Part shown: piece after piece, positions 27,615 through 37,717 of the stretch | Numbering within the stretch: position 1 is the first letter of the stretch | Layout of the letters: every line of letters starts with the position of its first letter | Origin: Acidimicrobiia bacterium | GTDB lineage: Bacteria > Actinomycetota > Acidimicrobiia > Spongiisociales > UBA11373 | Assembly (NCBI GenBank): GCA_040878325.1 | Contig: JBBDMM010000010.1 | Span: forward strand, 124,001-188,000 | DNA: 64,000 nt | Reading direction: 5' to 3' | Program-made: the position numbers and the translations under genes | Notes under the pieces: generated by a model | What the model was told of the DNA's origin: nothing | Database searches by the model: none | What the model saw: the letters and a program-made list of their open reading frames with translations, nothing else

Positions 27615-28046
27615 CTAATCATCCAGTCGTGCCACCTCGGCGGCGACCTCCGCCGCGGGGCGTCCCGTTGGATCCACCGTCACCCACGCGACGCCTGCCC
27701 GGGCGGCTCGGGCGGAACCGACGAGGATCACGCGGGGGACCGAACATGCGGTGACGGCGGCGAGCCAGCCGTCGATCACCGAATCCGGTCCGTCGGCGAA
27801 TGCGAGGTCCCGACCGTCGGCAGCAGCCTCGGCGACCAGAACCGCGGTGAAACAGCCGAAAACGGCACCCTCCACGTGGGTGGAGTCACTGATGTCACCG
27901 ACGGCAACCTTGAATCCGGCCGCACGCAGGGGCTCGCCCGCCGCCGCAGTCCCCACGAACGCCCGCAGCTCACCCGGGCGGCCACGGAAGGTGTCGACGA
28001 TTGCCGCGCCCAGCGGCGAATCGGCTCCTATGACGATGACCGGCAT
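27615..28046 (-). CDS. Short NAD(P)-binding Rossmann-like protein
   Basis: [19 protein letters not shown]. Confidence 0.65.
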   Translation of the reverse strand: MPVIVIGADSPLGAAIVDTFRGRPGELRAFVGTAAAGEPLRAAGFKVAVGDISDSTHVEGAVFGCFTAVLVAEAAADGRDLAFADGPDSVIDGWLAAVTACSVPRVILVGSARAARAGVAWVTVDPTGRPAAEVAAEVARLDD

Positions 28047-28326
28047 GGGCCGGAGGATACCGACACCGAAATCGACCGAACAGGGGTTCGACGGAATCTG
28101 ACAAAATTGGAACTAATAGCGGTGGGTTCGTGTTGTAATGGTCGTAGCGGGGCGCCGGACACGGGTCGGTCTTCCCCCCACTCCCCACACCGTTTCCGGC
28201 GCACCGCTCTTTTTGGAAGTCCCGGGTCGGCCCTACAGAGGGCCGGTCCCGGGTACACAGACCGCTGATTCGGGACGCTCGTGACTGGGTACCATCCCGC
28301 GGCGAGCGCGCATCGAGGGGATCTCC

Positions 28327-30954
28327 ATGGCAAAAGTCGACATCGACCTCGGCAAGTACCAACTGGGTTGGGCTGACACCGAGGCCGACTACGTGTTCAA
28401 GCCCCAGAAGGGGCTGAACGAGGAGATCATCCGCTCCATATCGGCCATGAAGAAGGAACCCGACTGGATGCTGGCGTTCCGGCTCAAGGCGTACCAGCGC
28501 TTCCTTCGCAAGCCCATCCCCAAGTGGGGCGGCGGCGGGATGCTCGACGAGATCGACTTCGACGACATCTACTACTACATCAAGCCGATGGAGGGCCAGG
28601 CCAAGGACTGGGACATGGTCCCGGACTCCATCAAGGAGACCTACGAGAAGCTCGGCATCCCCCAGGCAGAGCGCAAGTACCTGGCGGGGGTCACCGCGCA
28701 ATATGAGTCCGAGGTGGTGTACCACCGCAACCGCGAGGACCTCGAGGAGCTCGGGGTGCTGTTCTGCGACATGGACACCGCCCTGCGCGAGTACCCCGAC
28801 ATCGTGAAGCAGTACTTCGGGACCATCATCCCGCCCAACGACAACAAGTTCGCCGCCCTCAATTCGGCCGTGTGGTCGGGCGGATCGTTCATCTACGTAC
28901 CGCCGGGGGTGCACGTCGATCAGCCGCTGCAGGCCTACTTCCGGATCAATGCCGAGAACATGGGCCAGTTCGAGCGGACCTTGATCATCGTCGACGAGGG
29001 TGCCTACTGCCACTACGTCGAGGGATGCTCGGCCCCCACCTACTCGACCGACTCGCTCCACTCGGCAGTGGTCGAGATCGTCGTGAAGGAAGGCGGCCGC
29101 TGCCGCTACACCACGATCCAGAACTGGTCGAACAATGTCTACAACCTCGTGACCAAGCGCGCCGCGGCGTACCGCAACGCCACCATGGAGTGGATCGACG
29201 GGAATTTGGGCTGCCTCGCAGAGGGGTCACGGGTGACGACGCGCTCCGGTGTGAAGCCTATCGAACGAGTCGTCCCGGGCGAGGAAGTCCTCTCGTTTGA
29301 CGAGGATGCCGGCGAACTCGTCTGGCGACCGGTGGTCGCCAAGCGGTTCTCCGGAGTCCAGCCGGTGCGTGAGGTGCGGATCGCCAACCGGCGGCTTCGT
29401 GTGACGGACAATCATCCGTTCTTCTCGTACAAGTACCACCCCACCCACGCCAAGAAGTCCGGTCGCTACGAACTCGGCTATGTCCGAGCGGACGAGGTGC
29501 AGGAAGCGATCGTGCCGATCAGCTCGACAGACTTCGGCGTTCCCAAGAAATTGGACACCCCCGCCACGACATCCGTCTTCTGGGGCTCGAACCAGTATGC
29601 GGAGAATCTTGAGTCGAGTCGCGAGCGAATCTCTCGCCTGGCGCTGCCTGAGGAGACGACCGACGATCTCATGTGGCTCTTCGGGCTGTATCTCGCTGAT
29701 GGATCTACCGATTCACAAGCAGCGGCGAACGGTGGGCGTCGTTGGGCGAAGGTCACGTTCTCCGTTCCTGACGCTGACCGGGCTCGAGCGCGTCTGCTGG
29801 AAGTGATGGCCCGTCTGATGCCTGGTGTCAGTCGTACCCGGCGGTCCGATGGCGTGACGGTGACCTGGAGCAGTGTTGAATTCGCGGAACTACTCGATGG
29901 CTTGGGGCTCACCGGAAAGGCCACCACGAAGCGGGTTCCCGAGTGGGTTCTCGACCTTCCGGAGTCGCAGCGGCTTTCATTCGTAGCCGGGTTCTTGGAT
30001 GGCGACGGCTGCGCGGCGATAGGGCGCAGAGGCGTGAGCGCCAAGTCCGTGAGTCGCGAGCTGCTCGACGGCGTCGCCGACGTGCTGCTGACGCTGGGCA
30101 TCACCGCTCGGGTCCGCACGGAGTTCGCTGAGCCCAGAGAGGTCGAAATCCTCGGCGTCCAGGCGACCGCGAGGGGCAGTCACCAACTGGAGTGCGTCGC
30201 AGATACCAGGCTCGTGCTGCATCTGGCGCCCGCGCTGCGACAGGCGATCACACGACAGGAGCCAGCAAGTTTGCGGTACTTCCGGCGGGTGGGGCGGTCG
30301 TCGATAGAACTTCCCGAGACCGTGGAAATCCGAAGAGTCGACCGCGATGAGTCCGTGGAGAGTGTTCCCACGTGGGACATTGAAGTGGCCGGCACCGGGA
30401 ACTTCGTGTCGGAAGGCTTCATTGTTCACAACTCCAAGCTCACCATGAAGTATCCGGCGGTGTGGCTGATGGAAGAGGGCGCCCATGGTGAGGTGCTCTC
30501 GATCGCCTTTGCCGGCGAGGGTCAACATCTCGATGCCGGTGCCAAGATCGTCCACGCTGCCCCCAACACCACGTCGCTGATTACCTCCAAGTCGATTTCG
30601 AAGGACGGAGGCCGGGGTGGGTACCGCGGACTCGTCCGGGTGGAGAACGGCGCCGAGAACGTGAAGTCCTTCGTTCGGTGCGACGCTCTGATCCTCGACG
30701 ACAAGAGCCGATCGGACACCTACCCGTACATGGAGATCGAGGAGTCCGACGCTCAGATCGGCCACGAGGCCACGGTGTCGAAGGTGGGCGACGACCAGTT
30801 GTTCTACCTGATGAGCCGCGGCCTCAGCGAACCCGAGGCGACCGCGATGATCGTCGCCGGCTTCATCGAACCGATCGTCAAGGAACTCCCCATGGAGTAC
30901 GCGGTCGAGTTGAACCGTCTCATCGAGCTGCAGATGGAGGGTTCTGTGGGTTGA
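28327..30954 (+). CDS. sufB: Fe-S cluster assembly protein SufB with intein
   Basis: AQYESEVVY, WSGGSFIYVP, GQFERTLII, HEATVSK, YLMSRG. Confidence 0.96.
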   Translation: MAKVDIDLGKYQLGWADTEADYVFKPQKGLNEEIIRSISAMKKEPDWMLAFRLKAYQRFLRKPIPKWGGGGMLDEIDFDDIYYYIKPMEGQAKDWDMVPDSIKETYEKLGIPQAERKYLAGVTAQYESEVVYHRNREDLEELGVLFCDMDTALREYPDIVKQYFGTIIPPNDNKFAALNSAVWSGGSFIYVPPGVHVDQPLQAYFRINAENMGQFERTLIIVDEGAYCHYVEGCSAPTYSTDSLHSAVVEIVVKEGGRCRYTTIQNWSNNVYNLVTKRAAAYRNATMEWIDGNLGCLAEGSRVTTRSGVKPIERVVPGEEVLSFDEDAGELVWRPVVAKRFSGVQPVREVRIANRRLRVTDNHPFFSYKYHPTHAKKSGRYELGYVRADEVQEAIVPISSTDFGVPKKLDTPATTSVFWGSNQYAENLESSRERISRLALPEETTDDLMWLFGLYLADGSTDSQAAANGGRRWAKVTFSVPDADRARARLLEVMARLMPGVSRTRRSDGVTVTWSSVEFAELLDGLGLTGKATTKRVPEWVLDLPESQRLSFVAGFLDGDGCAAIGRRGVSAKSVSRELLDGVADVLLTLGITARVRTEFAEPREVEILGVQATARGSHQLECVADTRLVLHLAPALRQAITRQEPASLRYFRRVGRSSIELPETVEIRRVDRDESVESVPTWDIEVAGTGNFVSEGFIVHNSKLTMKYPAVWLMEEGAHGEVLSIAFAGEGQHLDAGAKIVHAAPNTTSLITSKSISKDGGRGGYRGLVRVENGAENVKSFVRCDALILDDKSRSDTYPYMEIEESDAQIGHEATVSKVGDDQLFYLMSRGLSEPEATAMIVAGFIEPIVKELPMEYAVELNRLIELQMEGSVG
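29212..30432 (+). mobile_element. 407-aa intein with LAGLIDADG homing endonuclease in sufB
   Basis: GNLG|CLAEGS...VTDNHPF...GFIVHN|SKLT; LFGLYLADG and FVAGFLDGDG. Confidence 0.95.
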
Positions 30955-31097
30955 CCGCCACAGGCGGTCAACCAACAGAACCTTGGGAGTTCGTCCTTCG
31001 GCCGAACTCCAGGGCTCGGTCGGCTGAGCCGAAGGCTCGGCTTCAATCCGTCAGCAGGAAGGCGAGCCGGGCGACGCCCGGCCTGTAGCCTGGCTCG

Positions 31098-31583
31098 ATG
31101 GACATCGATCTGGTCAGCCGTGGGTTCAAGCGCAACGTGCAGATCGTCGAGGCCCAGGCGGCGGGGCTGACTCACGAGGATTCGTTGATGCAGTCTCCCT
31201 ACAACGTGAACTGCTTCAACTTCGTGGTGGGGCACATCGTCACCAGCCGCAATGCCTTGTTCCGCAACATCGACGGCGAAGGGTTGTGGAGCAGCGACGA
31301 CGGTCTCGAGCGATACCGCCGGGAGGCCGATCCGATCCACGAGGACGGGGAGGGCGTCTGGAAGCTGCCCGACCTGCTGGAGGCTTTGCGGGTGACCCAG
31401 GCGAAGATCGAGGGACGCATCGGCGCGGCTACCCCCGAGTACCTGGCTGAGGAGATCGAGGTCGAGGGCCGGTCGGCCTCGCGCGATGCTCGCATCCTCT
31501 TCGCCTACTTCCACGACACCTATCACACCGGCCAGACCGACATCCTCCGCCAACTGTCCGGCAAGAGTGACCACTTGATCTAG
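31098..31583 (+). CDS. DinB/YfiT-like protein
   Basis: NCFNFVVGHI...FHDTYHTGQ. Confidence 0.8.
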   Translation: MDIDLVSRGFKRNVQIVEAQAAGLTHEDSLMQSPYNVNCFNFVVGHIVTSRNALFRNIDGEGLWSSDDGLERYRREADPIHEDGEGVWKLPDLLEALRVTQAKIEGRIGAATPEYLAEEIEVEGRSASRDARILFAYFHDTYHTGQTDILRQLSGKSDHLI

Positions 31584-31604
31584 CCCGCCTGCGGCGGTCT
31601 AGAT

Positions 31605-31738
31605 CAGTCCCCAGTCCCCAGTCTCCAGTCCCCAGCAAGAAGGCCCTGGATCGACGCCAGCAGTCGGGCGAGTCTTCGCCTTGCGGAAGCCGGAACGCCA
31701 TCCTCTTCCTGGAGACTGGCGACTGGAGACTGGTGACT
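31605..31738. repeat. MITE-like element: inverted period-7 arms (CAGTCYC / CTGGNGA)
   Basis: cagtccc cagtccc cagtctc cagtccc ... ctggaga ctggcga ctggaga ctggtga. Confidence 0.82.
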
Positions 31739-31754
31739 AAGTAGCCTCCCCCTA

Positions 31755-32420
31755 ATGCGCCTCGTTGTTGCCCGTTGCAGTGTCACCTATACGGGGCGAC
31801 TCGATGCTCAACTGCCATCGGCGGTTCGGCTGCTGATGGTGAAGGCGGATGGCTGCGTCGCCATTCATGCCGATGGCGGGGCGTACAAGCCGCTGAACTG
31901 GATGAATTCTCCCAACCACCTCGACGAGCAGGAGGGCCGGTGGCTGGTCACCAACCCGAAGGGCGAAGCGCTCGTCATCGACATCGAGGAGATCATCTCC
32001 GACACCGCCCACGATCTAGGGGTCGACCCCGGCTTGTCGAAAGATGGGGTCGAATCGAACCTCCAGGAACTGCTCGCCGACCGCCCCTGGGCGATCGAGG
32101 ACGGCCTGGAGATGCTCGAACGAGAGTACTTCACCGATATCGGGCCGGTAGATCTGCTGTGCCGCGACTCCGACGGGCAGGTGGTGGCCGTCGAGATCAA
32201 ACGCAAAGGCGAAATCGATGGTGTCGAGCAACTCGCCCGCTACTTGGAGTTCCTCAACCGCGAACCCGCCCTCGCCCCGGTTCGCGGAATCTTCGCCGCC
32301 CAATCGGTGACCCCCCAAGCCCGCAAACTCGCCGTCGACCGCGGCATCACCTGGGCAGAGGTCGACTACGAGGCCCTCAAAGGGATGGAGGGCAGGGCGC
32401 CGAGGTTGTTCGAGGTGTGA
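31755..32420 (+). CDS. nucS: Mismatch-specific endonuclease NucS/EndoMS
   Basis: [46 protein letters not shown]. Confidence 0.95.
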   Translation: MRLVVARCSVTYTGRLDAQLPSAVRLLMVKADGCVAIHADGGAYKPLNWMNSPNHLDEQEGRWLVTNPKGEALVIDIEEIISDTAHDLGVDPGLSKDGVESNLQELLADRPWAIEDGLEMLEREYFTDIGPVDLLCRDSDGQVVAVEIKRKGEIDGVEQLARYLEFLNREPALAPVRGIFAAQSVTPQARKLAVDRGITWAEVDYEALKGMEGRAPRLFEV

Positions 32421-32532
32421 GTCGGCCGCCCTTTGGGCGGCCTCCGGCGATGGTCGGCCCGCCTACGGCAGGCCTCCTGCGATAGGGCATTCGCCGGAAC
32501 CGCGAACAGGTGCTCTTTGACGTTCACGACTC

Positions 32533-32574
32533 TCGCCAATCGCTAATCGCCAATCGCGGAGCGAGCGCAGCGAG
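32533..32574. repeat. Period-7 array (TCGCYAA) followed by GCGAGCGCAGCGAG
   Basis: tcgccaa tcgctaa tcgccaa tcgcgga. Confidence 0.7.
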
Positions 32575-32579
32575 CCCCT

Positions 32580-33512
32580 CTACAACAGACTCTCAAGATC
32601 GAACTCACTGCTTGGATGCCGCAGTTTCGCCAGGGCACGGCCTTCAATTTGGCGGATGCGCTCGCGGGTGAGTTCGAACTTCTTGCCGACGTCGCTCAGG
32701 GTCCGCGGGGGTGAGCCGTCGAGGCCGTAGCGGAGCACGATCACTTCGCGTTCCTGGTCTTCGAGCATCTTCATTGCTGCCTCGAGCTGCAGCCGGGCGG
32801 ATGCCTCGGCGGCCGCTTCGAAAGGGTCGAGGGCATCGGCGTCTTCCACGAAATCGCCGAGCTCGGCATCTCCTTCGGTGCCTACCGGCCGTTCGAGCGA
32901 AACGGTGTCGCCGGGCGCCGTCAGGGCGATCTCAACCCGCTCGAGGTCGAGACCGCTGGTGTGTGCGATCTCTGCCATCGTCGGCTGTCGGTGCAATTTC
33001 TCGGAAAGGGTGAGCGCGGTCTCCTGCACGGTGCGGACCACGTCGACCATGTGGACGGGGAGTCGGATGGTTCTTCCCTGGTTCCCCAACCCCCGCGTGA
33101 TCGCCTGGCGAATCCACCAGGTGGCGTAGGTGGAGAATTTGAAGCCTTTGCGCCAGTCGAATTTCTCCACCGCCCGGATCAGGCCGAGGTTGCCTTCTTG
33201 GACCAGGTCGAGGAGATCGAGGCCGCGGCCTGTGTACCGCTTGGCGATCGAAATGACGAGACGGAGGTTCGACCGGATGAACTCCGCCTTCGCCTCGTCG
33301 GCGGCGTGGACCTCCCGATAGAGGGTGGCCCGCTCGGTCGGGCTGAGTTTCGCGGTGGACTCGAGCCGGGCCTGCGCCTTGCGGCCGACTTCCATCGCGC
33401 GGGAGAGGCGGACTTCGTCCTCGGCGGTGAGCAGCTCGTGCGCGGCGACCGATTCGAGATACATCCCGATCCCGTCAGCCAGTGGCGAGACCTCACGCAA
33501 CCGCTTGACCAA
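32580..33512 (-). CDS. Sigma-70 factor, RpoD/SigB-like, without region 1.1
   Basis: NLRLVISIAKRY, DLVQEGNLGLIRAVEKFD, FSTYATWWIRQAI, TRERIRQIE. Confidence 0.93.
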   Translation of the reverse strand: MVKRLREVSPLADGIGMYLESVAAHELLTAEDEVRLSRAMEVGRKAQARLESTAKLSPTERATLYREVHAADEAKAEFIRSNLRLVISIAKRYTGRGLDLLDLVQEGNLGLIRAVEKFDWRKGFKFSTYATWWIRQAITRGLGNQGRTIRLPVHMVDVVRTVQETALTLSEKLHRQPTMAEIAHTSGLDLERVEIALTAPGDTVSLERPVGTEGDAELGDFVEDADALDPFEAAAEASARLQLEAAMKMLEDQEREVIVLRYGLDGSPPRTLSDVGKKFELTRERIRQIEGRALAKLRHPSSEFDLESLL

Positions 33513-33578
33513 TGCCCCAACCCCTTCCAGCGCCGGAGGGGCGGAACGGTATCACGGGGGGTCGGCCCGCCGCAAAGG

Positions 33579-33725
33579 GTGTCCACAGGCGAATGTGGAT
33601 AATCCCCTTGGCTGAAAGTCCAACCGTTTGGCCCACTGAGCAGGGAGAGGCTGATGTGGGGAGACTTGTCAACGCCGGAGTTACCCACTTGTGGACAAGT
33701 GGTTGTGAACAGGCGCTGTGGACTA
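33579..33725. promoter_or_regulatory. Cluster of DnaA-box-like 9-mers
   Basis: Perfect TGTGGATAA (33594) and TGTGGACAA (33690); near matches GTGTCCACA, TTGTCAACG, TTACCCACT, TGTGAACAG, TGTGGACTA. Confidence 0.7.
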
Positions 33726-33787
33726 CAAGACCAAGGAACTGGGTTCTAAACGGTTCTTGCGGGAGGCGGGAAGCGGGAAGCGGGCCC

Positions 33788-35584
33788 TCACCCGATCGGG
33801 GTGAAGGGCCATACGCGAGGTACGACCAGCATCGTCACCGCGAAGATCAGCACGGTGAGCGGTGCACCCACCTTTGGAAAGTCGCTGAACCGATAGTTGC
33901 CGACGCCATACACCAGCACGTTTGCCTGGTGGCCGATCGGGGTCAGGAAGGTGGACGAGGCACCGATGGCGACAGCCATGAGGAACGGGTACGGCTCGAA
34001 GCCCAACCCGACAGCGATGGCGATGGCGATCGGTGCGACCAGGACCGAGGCTGCGGCGTTCGACATCACCGACGTGATGATCGTGGTGAACACGAAGAGG
34101 ACCGCGAGCAACACGAGCGGACCGGAGTCGCCGGCGATGTCGACCAATCGGTCCGCCAGCCATTGGGCGGTGCCCGTGTGGTCGTCATCCATGGCGATGC
34201 TGAGAGGCAGCATGAAGGCGATGAGGAAGATGACCCGCCACTCCACGTCGCGGTACATCTCGTCGGGGCGTATGCAGCCGGTGGCGACCATGAGAAGCAC
34301 CCCGAGCATCCCCGCGACCGAGATGTGCAGCAACCCGAACGCTGCGGTGACGATCGCCACGGCCATGCTGGCCAGCGCGAGCGGGACCTTGCGGGGGAAG
34401 CGACGCTTCGAATCGATTCGGTTGACCATCAGAAAGTCACGGCTTGCCGCCATGTCCGCGATGGCACGCTCCGGGCCCTGGACCAGAAGCACGTCCCCGA
34501 CCTCGAGGGGTATCGATATGAATCGTTCGCGGATCGTCTCGCCGCGTCGCCGCAGCGCCAGCACGAGCACGCCGTAGCGGCGGCGCACCTGGCCCCGTTC
34601 GATCATGGTGCCGATGAGCCACGATCCTGGTGCGATCGCGGCTTCGCCGAGGATGGTGTCCTCGGGGGTCAAGGCCGCAGCCGTCAGCTTCGTCTCGGCG
34701 TAGGGCACCAGGGGTCGCGAGGTCTCCCCGACGAGATTGGTGATGCTTCCCTCGACGACGAGGCGATCGCCCACCCGAAGTACCAGGTCGGGGGTGGGTG
34801 ACAGGAAGATTCGGCCCTGATCCGTCTGTCTCATCACGCGGAGCACCGTGAGGCCGAGCTTCGCGGGGATCCTGCTCTCGGCGAGTGGCTTGTCGGCAAA
34901 CTCTGAACCCTCGGGGACGATCAGTTCGGTCAGGTAGTCCTGGAGTGCGTACTTCTCCGTGAGGTCATTCTGAAGCGCGCGATCCGGCAGCAGATGGCGC
35001 CCGACCAGGGCCATGTAGACGGCGCCGACTGCCATCACCGCCAGTCCCGTGATGAGAAAGTCGAACATCGCGAAGCCCTCCCACCCGTGGTCTTCGAGCG
35101 CGATCGACACCAGGAGGTTCGGCGGCGTCCCGATGAGCGTGGTGAGGCCACCCAGCAGTGACCCGAACGCCAGTGGGATGAGCAGCTTTGTCGCGGGGTA
35201 GCCGGTATGCCTGGTGATGAGGAACATCGAGGGCAGTAGCACGGCTACAGCGCCGATGTTGTTCATGAACGCCGACATCACACCCACGGCGATCATCACG
35301 ACGAGGGTGAGCAGGATCGGGCTCGATCCGCCTCCCTTGGCGACGACCTTGGCGAGCCAGTCGGCCACCCCGGCCCGAACCAGCCCGGCGCTGAGGATGA
35401 ACATGGCGATCACCGTGATCACCGCAGGGTTCGAGAAGCCGGAGAATCCCTCGGCGATCGTGACGGTGTCGGTGAGGAGCAGCACGAGGGTCACCCCGAG
35501 GGCCACGATGTCAGGTCGGGTCACCTCGAGGGCGAAGAGCACGAGGGCGCCGATGATCAAACCGAGGACCAGGGCGTGTTCCAT
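33788..35584 (-). CDS. SLC13/DASS family permease with TrkA-C domains
   Basis: SAFMNN, TLIGTPPNL, MSNAAA, FLTPIGHQAN; ATG 35584. Confidence 0.9.
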   Translation of the reverse strand: MEHALVLGLIIGALVLFALEVTRPDIVALGVTLVLLLTDTVTIAEGFSGFSNPAVITVIAMFILSAGLVRAGVADWLAKVVAKGGGSSPILLTLVVMIAVGVMSAFMNNIGAVAVLLPSMFLITRHTGYPATKLLIPLAFGSLLGGLTTLIGTPPNLLVSIALEDHGWEGFAMFDFLITGLAVMAVGAVYMALVGRHLLPDRALQNDLTEKYALQDYLTELIVPEGSEFADKPLAESRIPAKLGLTVLRVMRQTDQGRIFLSPTPDLVLRVGDRLVVEGSITNLVGETSRPLVPYAETKLTAAALTPEDTILGEAAIAPGSWLIGTMIERGQVRRRYGVLVLALRRRGETIRERFISIPLEVGDVLLVQGPERAIADMAASRDFLMVNRIDSKRRFPRKVPLALASMAVAIVTAAFGLLHISVAGMLGVLLMVATGCIRPDEMYRDVEWRVIFLIAFMLPLSIAMDDDHTGTAQWLADRLVDIAGDSGPLVLLAVLFVFTTIITSVMSNAAASVLVAPIAIAIAVGLGFEPYPFLMAVAIGASSTFLTPIGHQANVLVYGVGNYRFSDFPKVGAPLTVLIFAVTMLVVPRVWPFTPIG

Positions 35585-35667
35585 GGGGTTGGGCGAGTGT
35601 AGGAAGTGGCCCGGGGACAAGCGGGCACCCGCTTGCGGGCGCCGATTCGCCCTACCGTCGGGCCTCG

Positions 35668-36348
35668 ATGGACCTCGACACGCTTTCGGCGAGGATCGCG
35701 CAATGCCGACGCTGCCCCCGGCTGGTCGCCTGGCGCGAGCAGGTGGCGGTCGAGAAGCGAGCCGCCTATCAGCACGAGAACTACTGGGGCAAGCCGGTGC
35801 CAGGGTTCGGCGACCCGAACGCTCGACTGCTTGTACTCGGCCTGGCGCCGGGCGCCCATGGCGCCAACCGCACCGGGCGGATGTTCACCGGCGACCGATC
35901 CGGCGAATGGCTGTTCCGGGCGATGTTCGCCAGCGGTTTCGCCAGCCAGCCCGCATCTGAACACCGTGGAGACGGTCTGTACCTGACCGATGCCTGGGTA
36001 ACCGCCCCGGTGCGGTGCGCCCCGCCCGACAACAAGCCGCTGGTCTCGGAGAGGGACAACTGCCGACCCTGGCTCCACCAGGAACTCGACTTATTGCCTC
36101 AACTTCGGGTGGTCCTCTGTCTCGGAGGTTTCGCGTGGGTGAATGCCCACCAGGCGCTCGAGCAGCGCGGCATCACGGTTCCCAGGCCGAGACCGCCATT
36201 CACCCATGGCGCGAGGTCCCAGACCAGCGGCCCCCTGATCCTCGCCTCCTACCACGTGAGCCAACAGAACACCTTCACCGGAAGACTCACTGAGAGCATG
36301 TTGCGCGAGGTGTTCGAGAGCGCCAAGGCTGAACTGGTTTCAGGCTGA
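35668..36348 (+). CDS. udgB: Uracil-DNA glycosylase family 5 (UdgB)
   Basis: CRRCPRL, GLAPGAHGANRTGRMFTGD, YHVSQQNTFTGRLT. Confidence 0.92.
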   Translation: MDLDTLSARIAQCRRCPRLVAWREQVAVEKRAAYQHENYWGKPVPGFGDPNARLLVLGLAPGAHGANRTGRMFTGDRSGEWLFRAMFASGFASQPASEHRGDGLYLTDAWVTAPVRCAPPDNKPLVSERDNCRPWLHQELDLLPQLRVVLCLGGFAWVNAHQALEQRGITVPRPRPPFTHGARSQTSGPLILASYHVSQQNTFTGRLTESMLREVFESAKAELVSG

Positions 36349-36353
36349 GCGCT

Positions 36354-36441
36354 GCGAAAGGCGAAGAGCGAAAGGCGAAACCCGGCTGGACGCGATCTAA
36401 GGGTCCGGCGGGGTTTCGCCCATCGCCTTTCGCTTTTCGCC
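36354..36441. repeat. Inverted period-7 arms (GCGAAAG / TTTCGCC) forming a long hairpin
   Basis: gcgaaag gcgaaga gcgaaag gcgaaac ... tttcgcc catcgcc tttcgct tttcgcc. Confidence 0.82.
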
Positions 36442-36481
36442 TTACTACCAATACCATCCGCCACCCCTACCGAGGCCTCTG

Positions 36482-37717
36482 TTGCTCCCACTCGACCGCT
36501 CGACGCACCAACGCGTTGCCAGCGCCCTTGACGCCGCCGTCCAGGAGCGGGCGGCCCGTGCGTTCGAGCAGTTCGAGGCGATGCCGCATCCCACGGAGAA
36601 GGACGAGGACTGGCGCTACGTCGAACTCGACTTCGACCTTGCCGACTACGCCATTGCCGACGCGCCAGGAACTGCTCTGGGCAGCCATGAGATCGAGCGT
36701 CTGCTGGGCCCTTTGGCCGGCAAGGCGGTCAACATCGACGGCCACACCATCTCGGTCGACGGCGGCGACGGCGTCGAGGTCAAGGCAGGTCTCGGTGCGG
36801 TGAGTCCCACCGGGACCGTGCTCAGCGACCGGTTCGCCGCGCTCCACGATGCCTTTGCCCGTGACGGGGTGATCGTCTCGACCAAGGCGGGGGCCCAACC
36901 CGAAGCCCCAGTGCTGATCGACCTGCAGACGGTGACCGACGGCGGACTGGCCTTGCCGCGGATCTCGGTGGTCGCCGGTGAGCAATCGTCGGTGTCGGTA
37001 GTCGTGCTTCAGCGGTCCCCTGACGGCATCGCCTCGCTCGTGGTGCCCGCCTTCGAGGTCTCCGCGGGTGCGGCGGCCCGGGTGGAGGTGACCGTGATCC
37101 AGGAATGGGGGGACGACACGGTCTCGATCGCCGCCCACCGAATGGCCTCAGGCCGCGACGCCTCGCTCTACCTCGCCGAGGCGGGGTACGGCGGCCGGTA
37201 CAGCCGGCTTCGCCTTGCTGTCGACCTGGTGGGGGCGGGCGCCGGAGCAAAGATCGTCGGCGTCTACTTCGGAGATGGCGAGCAGACCCTCGATTACCGC
37301 TACTACATGCGCCACGCCGCCCGAAGCACGACCTCGGAGATGTTCCTCAAGGGGGCGGTCGCCGACCATGCCAAGTCGGTGTTCTCAGGGCTGATCCGGA
37401 TAGAGAAGGAGGGGCAGAAGACCAACGCCCACCAGACCAACCGGAATCTGGTGCTATCCGACGGGGCGGAGGCGCACTCGGTCCCCAACCTGGAGATCCT
37501 CGCCGACGATGTCCGCTGCGGTCACGGCTCGGCGGTGGGTCCCCTCGACGAGGAGCAGCGGTACTACCTGCAGAGCCGGGGCCTCGACCGTCCCCGGGCC
37601 GACCGGCTTCAGGTGAAGGGGTTCTTCGAGGAGGCGATCCAGCGCTTCCCCTACCGGGCGCTCGATTCGCACCTGCGCGACATCGCGCTCGACAAGTACG
37701 CCGCGGTGGCATTGTGA
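36482..37717 (+). CDS. sufD: Fe-S cluster assembly protein SufD
   Basis: EDWRY, PNLEILADDVRCGHG, YYLQSRG. Confidence 0.9.
   Translation: MLPLDRSTHQRVASALDAAVQERAARAFEQFEAMPHPTEKDEDWRYVELDFDLADYAIADAPGTALGSHEIERLLGPLAGKAVNIDGHTISVDGGDGVEVKAGLGAVSPTGTVLSDRFAALHDAFARDGVIVSTKAGAQPEAPVLIDLQTVTDGGLALPRISVVAGEQSSVSVVVLQRSPDGIASLVVPAFEVSAGAAARVEVTVIQEWGDDTVSIAAHRMASGRDASLYLAEAGYGGRYSRLRLAVDLVGAGAGAKIVGVYFGDGEQTLDYRYYMRHAARSTTSEMFLKGAVADHAKSVFSGLIRIEKEGQKTNAHQTNRNLVLSDGAEAHSVPNLEILADDVRCGHGSAVGPLDEEQRYYLQSRGLDRPRADRLQVKGFFEEAIQRFPYRALDSHLRDIALDKYAAVAL

Noticed and set aside
33579..33725. Chromosomal origin oriC
   Set aside because: No dnaA/dnaN/rpmH context and no clear AT-rich unwinding element; kept only as a DnaA-box cluster.
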